Position numbers and translations under genes: made by a program | Notes under the pieces: model-generated | Seen by the model: the letters and a program-made list of their open reading frames with translations, nothing else | Told to the model about the DNA's origin: nothing | Databases searched by the model: none | NCBI GenBank assembly: GCA_963837175.1 | Contig: CAWIMJ010000008.1 | Span: 58,946 to 122,945 of the forward strand | Reading direction: 5' to 3' | DNA: 64,000 nt | DNA from: an uncultured Nitrososphaeraceae archaeon | GTDB taxonomy: Archaea > Thermoproteota > Nitrososphaeria > Nitrososphaerales > Nitrososphaeraceae | Shown here: positions 63,453 through 64,000 of the stretch, piece after piece | Numbering within the stretch: position 1 is the first letter of the stretch | Layout of the letters: each line of letters starts with the position of its first letter

Positions 63453-64000
63453 TTAGTCATCAGACATATTTCTTTTAGCTTCTATCCATGTTTCTACATC
63501 CTTTCCTGCTAAATATCTAAGATTAGGATTTTCACTTGTAACAGCTTGAAGTACTACTTTTGCTACTAGGTCTGGAGAAGAAGAAGCATTCTCCAACATC
63601 TGCTCAAAGCTAGTAGACATTTTTTGCATTATTTGAGAATATGGTGAATTTGAGTTTTGTGACTTCTTTGCAATAACCATGCCATTTGCAATATTTGTTT
63701 TAATAACTCCTGGTTCTACCAAGATAACTTTTATTCCAAATGGCTCTAATTCATATGCTATGGATTCACTTAATCCTTCAACTGCAAATTTAGTACTAAC
63801 ATAAGCAGAACCTCCAGGATAACCAAATCTTCCGGCTGCTGAACTAATATTTACTATCGTACCAGATTTCTGTTTTCTCATAATTGGTAGAACTGCTTGA
63901 GTTGTTCTTATCAAACCAAAAAAATTGGTTTCAAACTGTTTGTTTATTTCATCCATTGAAGTTTCTTCAAATGCACCAGCAAGCCAATAACCTGCGTTGT
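63453..64000 (-). CDS. SDR family oxidoreductase, 5' end outside window
   Basis: NAG at the window edge, IVNISS, YVSTK (YxxxK), VEPG. Confidence 0.92.
   Translation of the reverse strand, partial: NAGYWLAGAFEETSMDEINKQFETNFFGLIRTTQAVLPIMRKQKSGTIVNISSAAGRFGYPGGSAYVSTKFAVEGLSESIAYELEPFGIKVILVEPGVIKTNIANGMVIAKKSQNSNSPYSQIMQKMSTSFEQMLENASSSPDLVAKVVLQAVTSENPNLRYLAGKDVETWIEAKRNMSDD

Overview
Low-GC archaeal DNA. Gene families and style point to a soil ammonia-oxidising archaeon (Nitrososphaeraceae); this is inferred, as no marker gene is present. The window is an accessory, decaying region with no rRNA, complete tRNA or CRISPR array seen. Apparently intact genes include USPs, a redoxin, a methyltransferase, pyruvoyl arginine decarboxylase, secreted gamma-carbonic anhydrase, P-II, an AlgG-like beta-helix protein, a histidine kinase, M1 aminopeptidase, an NDH-2-like oxidoreductase, ferritin, a high-GC Zn alcohol dehydrogenase, a GNAT and PolB2. 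These are interleaved with many pseudogenes, IS630/IS5/IS6 relics and several remnants of tyrosine-integrase elements. The most unusual signal is a dispersed family of 40-85 bp imperfect-palindrome sites ending in the core CCACCGAACC. Six copies are co-oriented in the order A-B-C-A'-B'-C' (27.9-45.9 kb; the C' core is degenerate) and one is inverted (51.4 kb). They sit between unrelated gene modules and near integrase leaders. This is a candidate cassette/recombination system, or a set of orphan IS ends. All alignments were done by eye.
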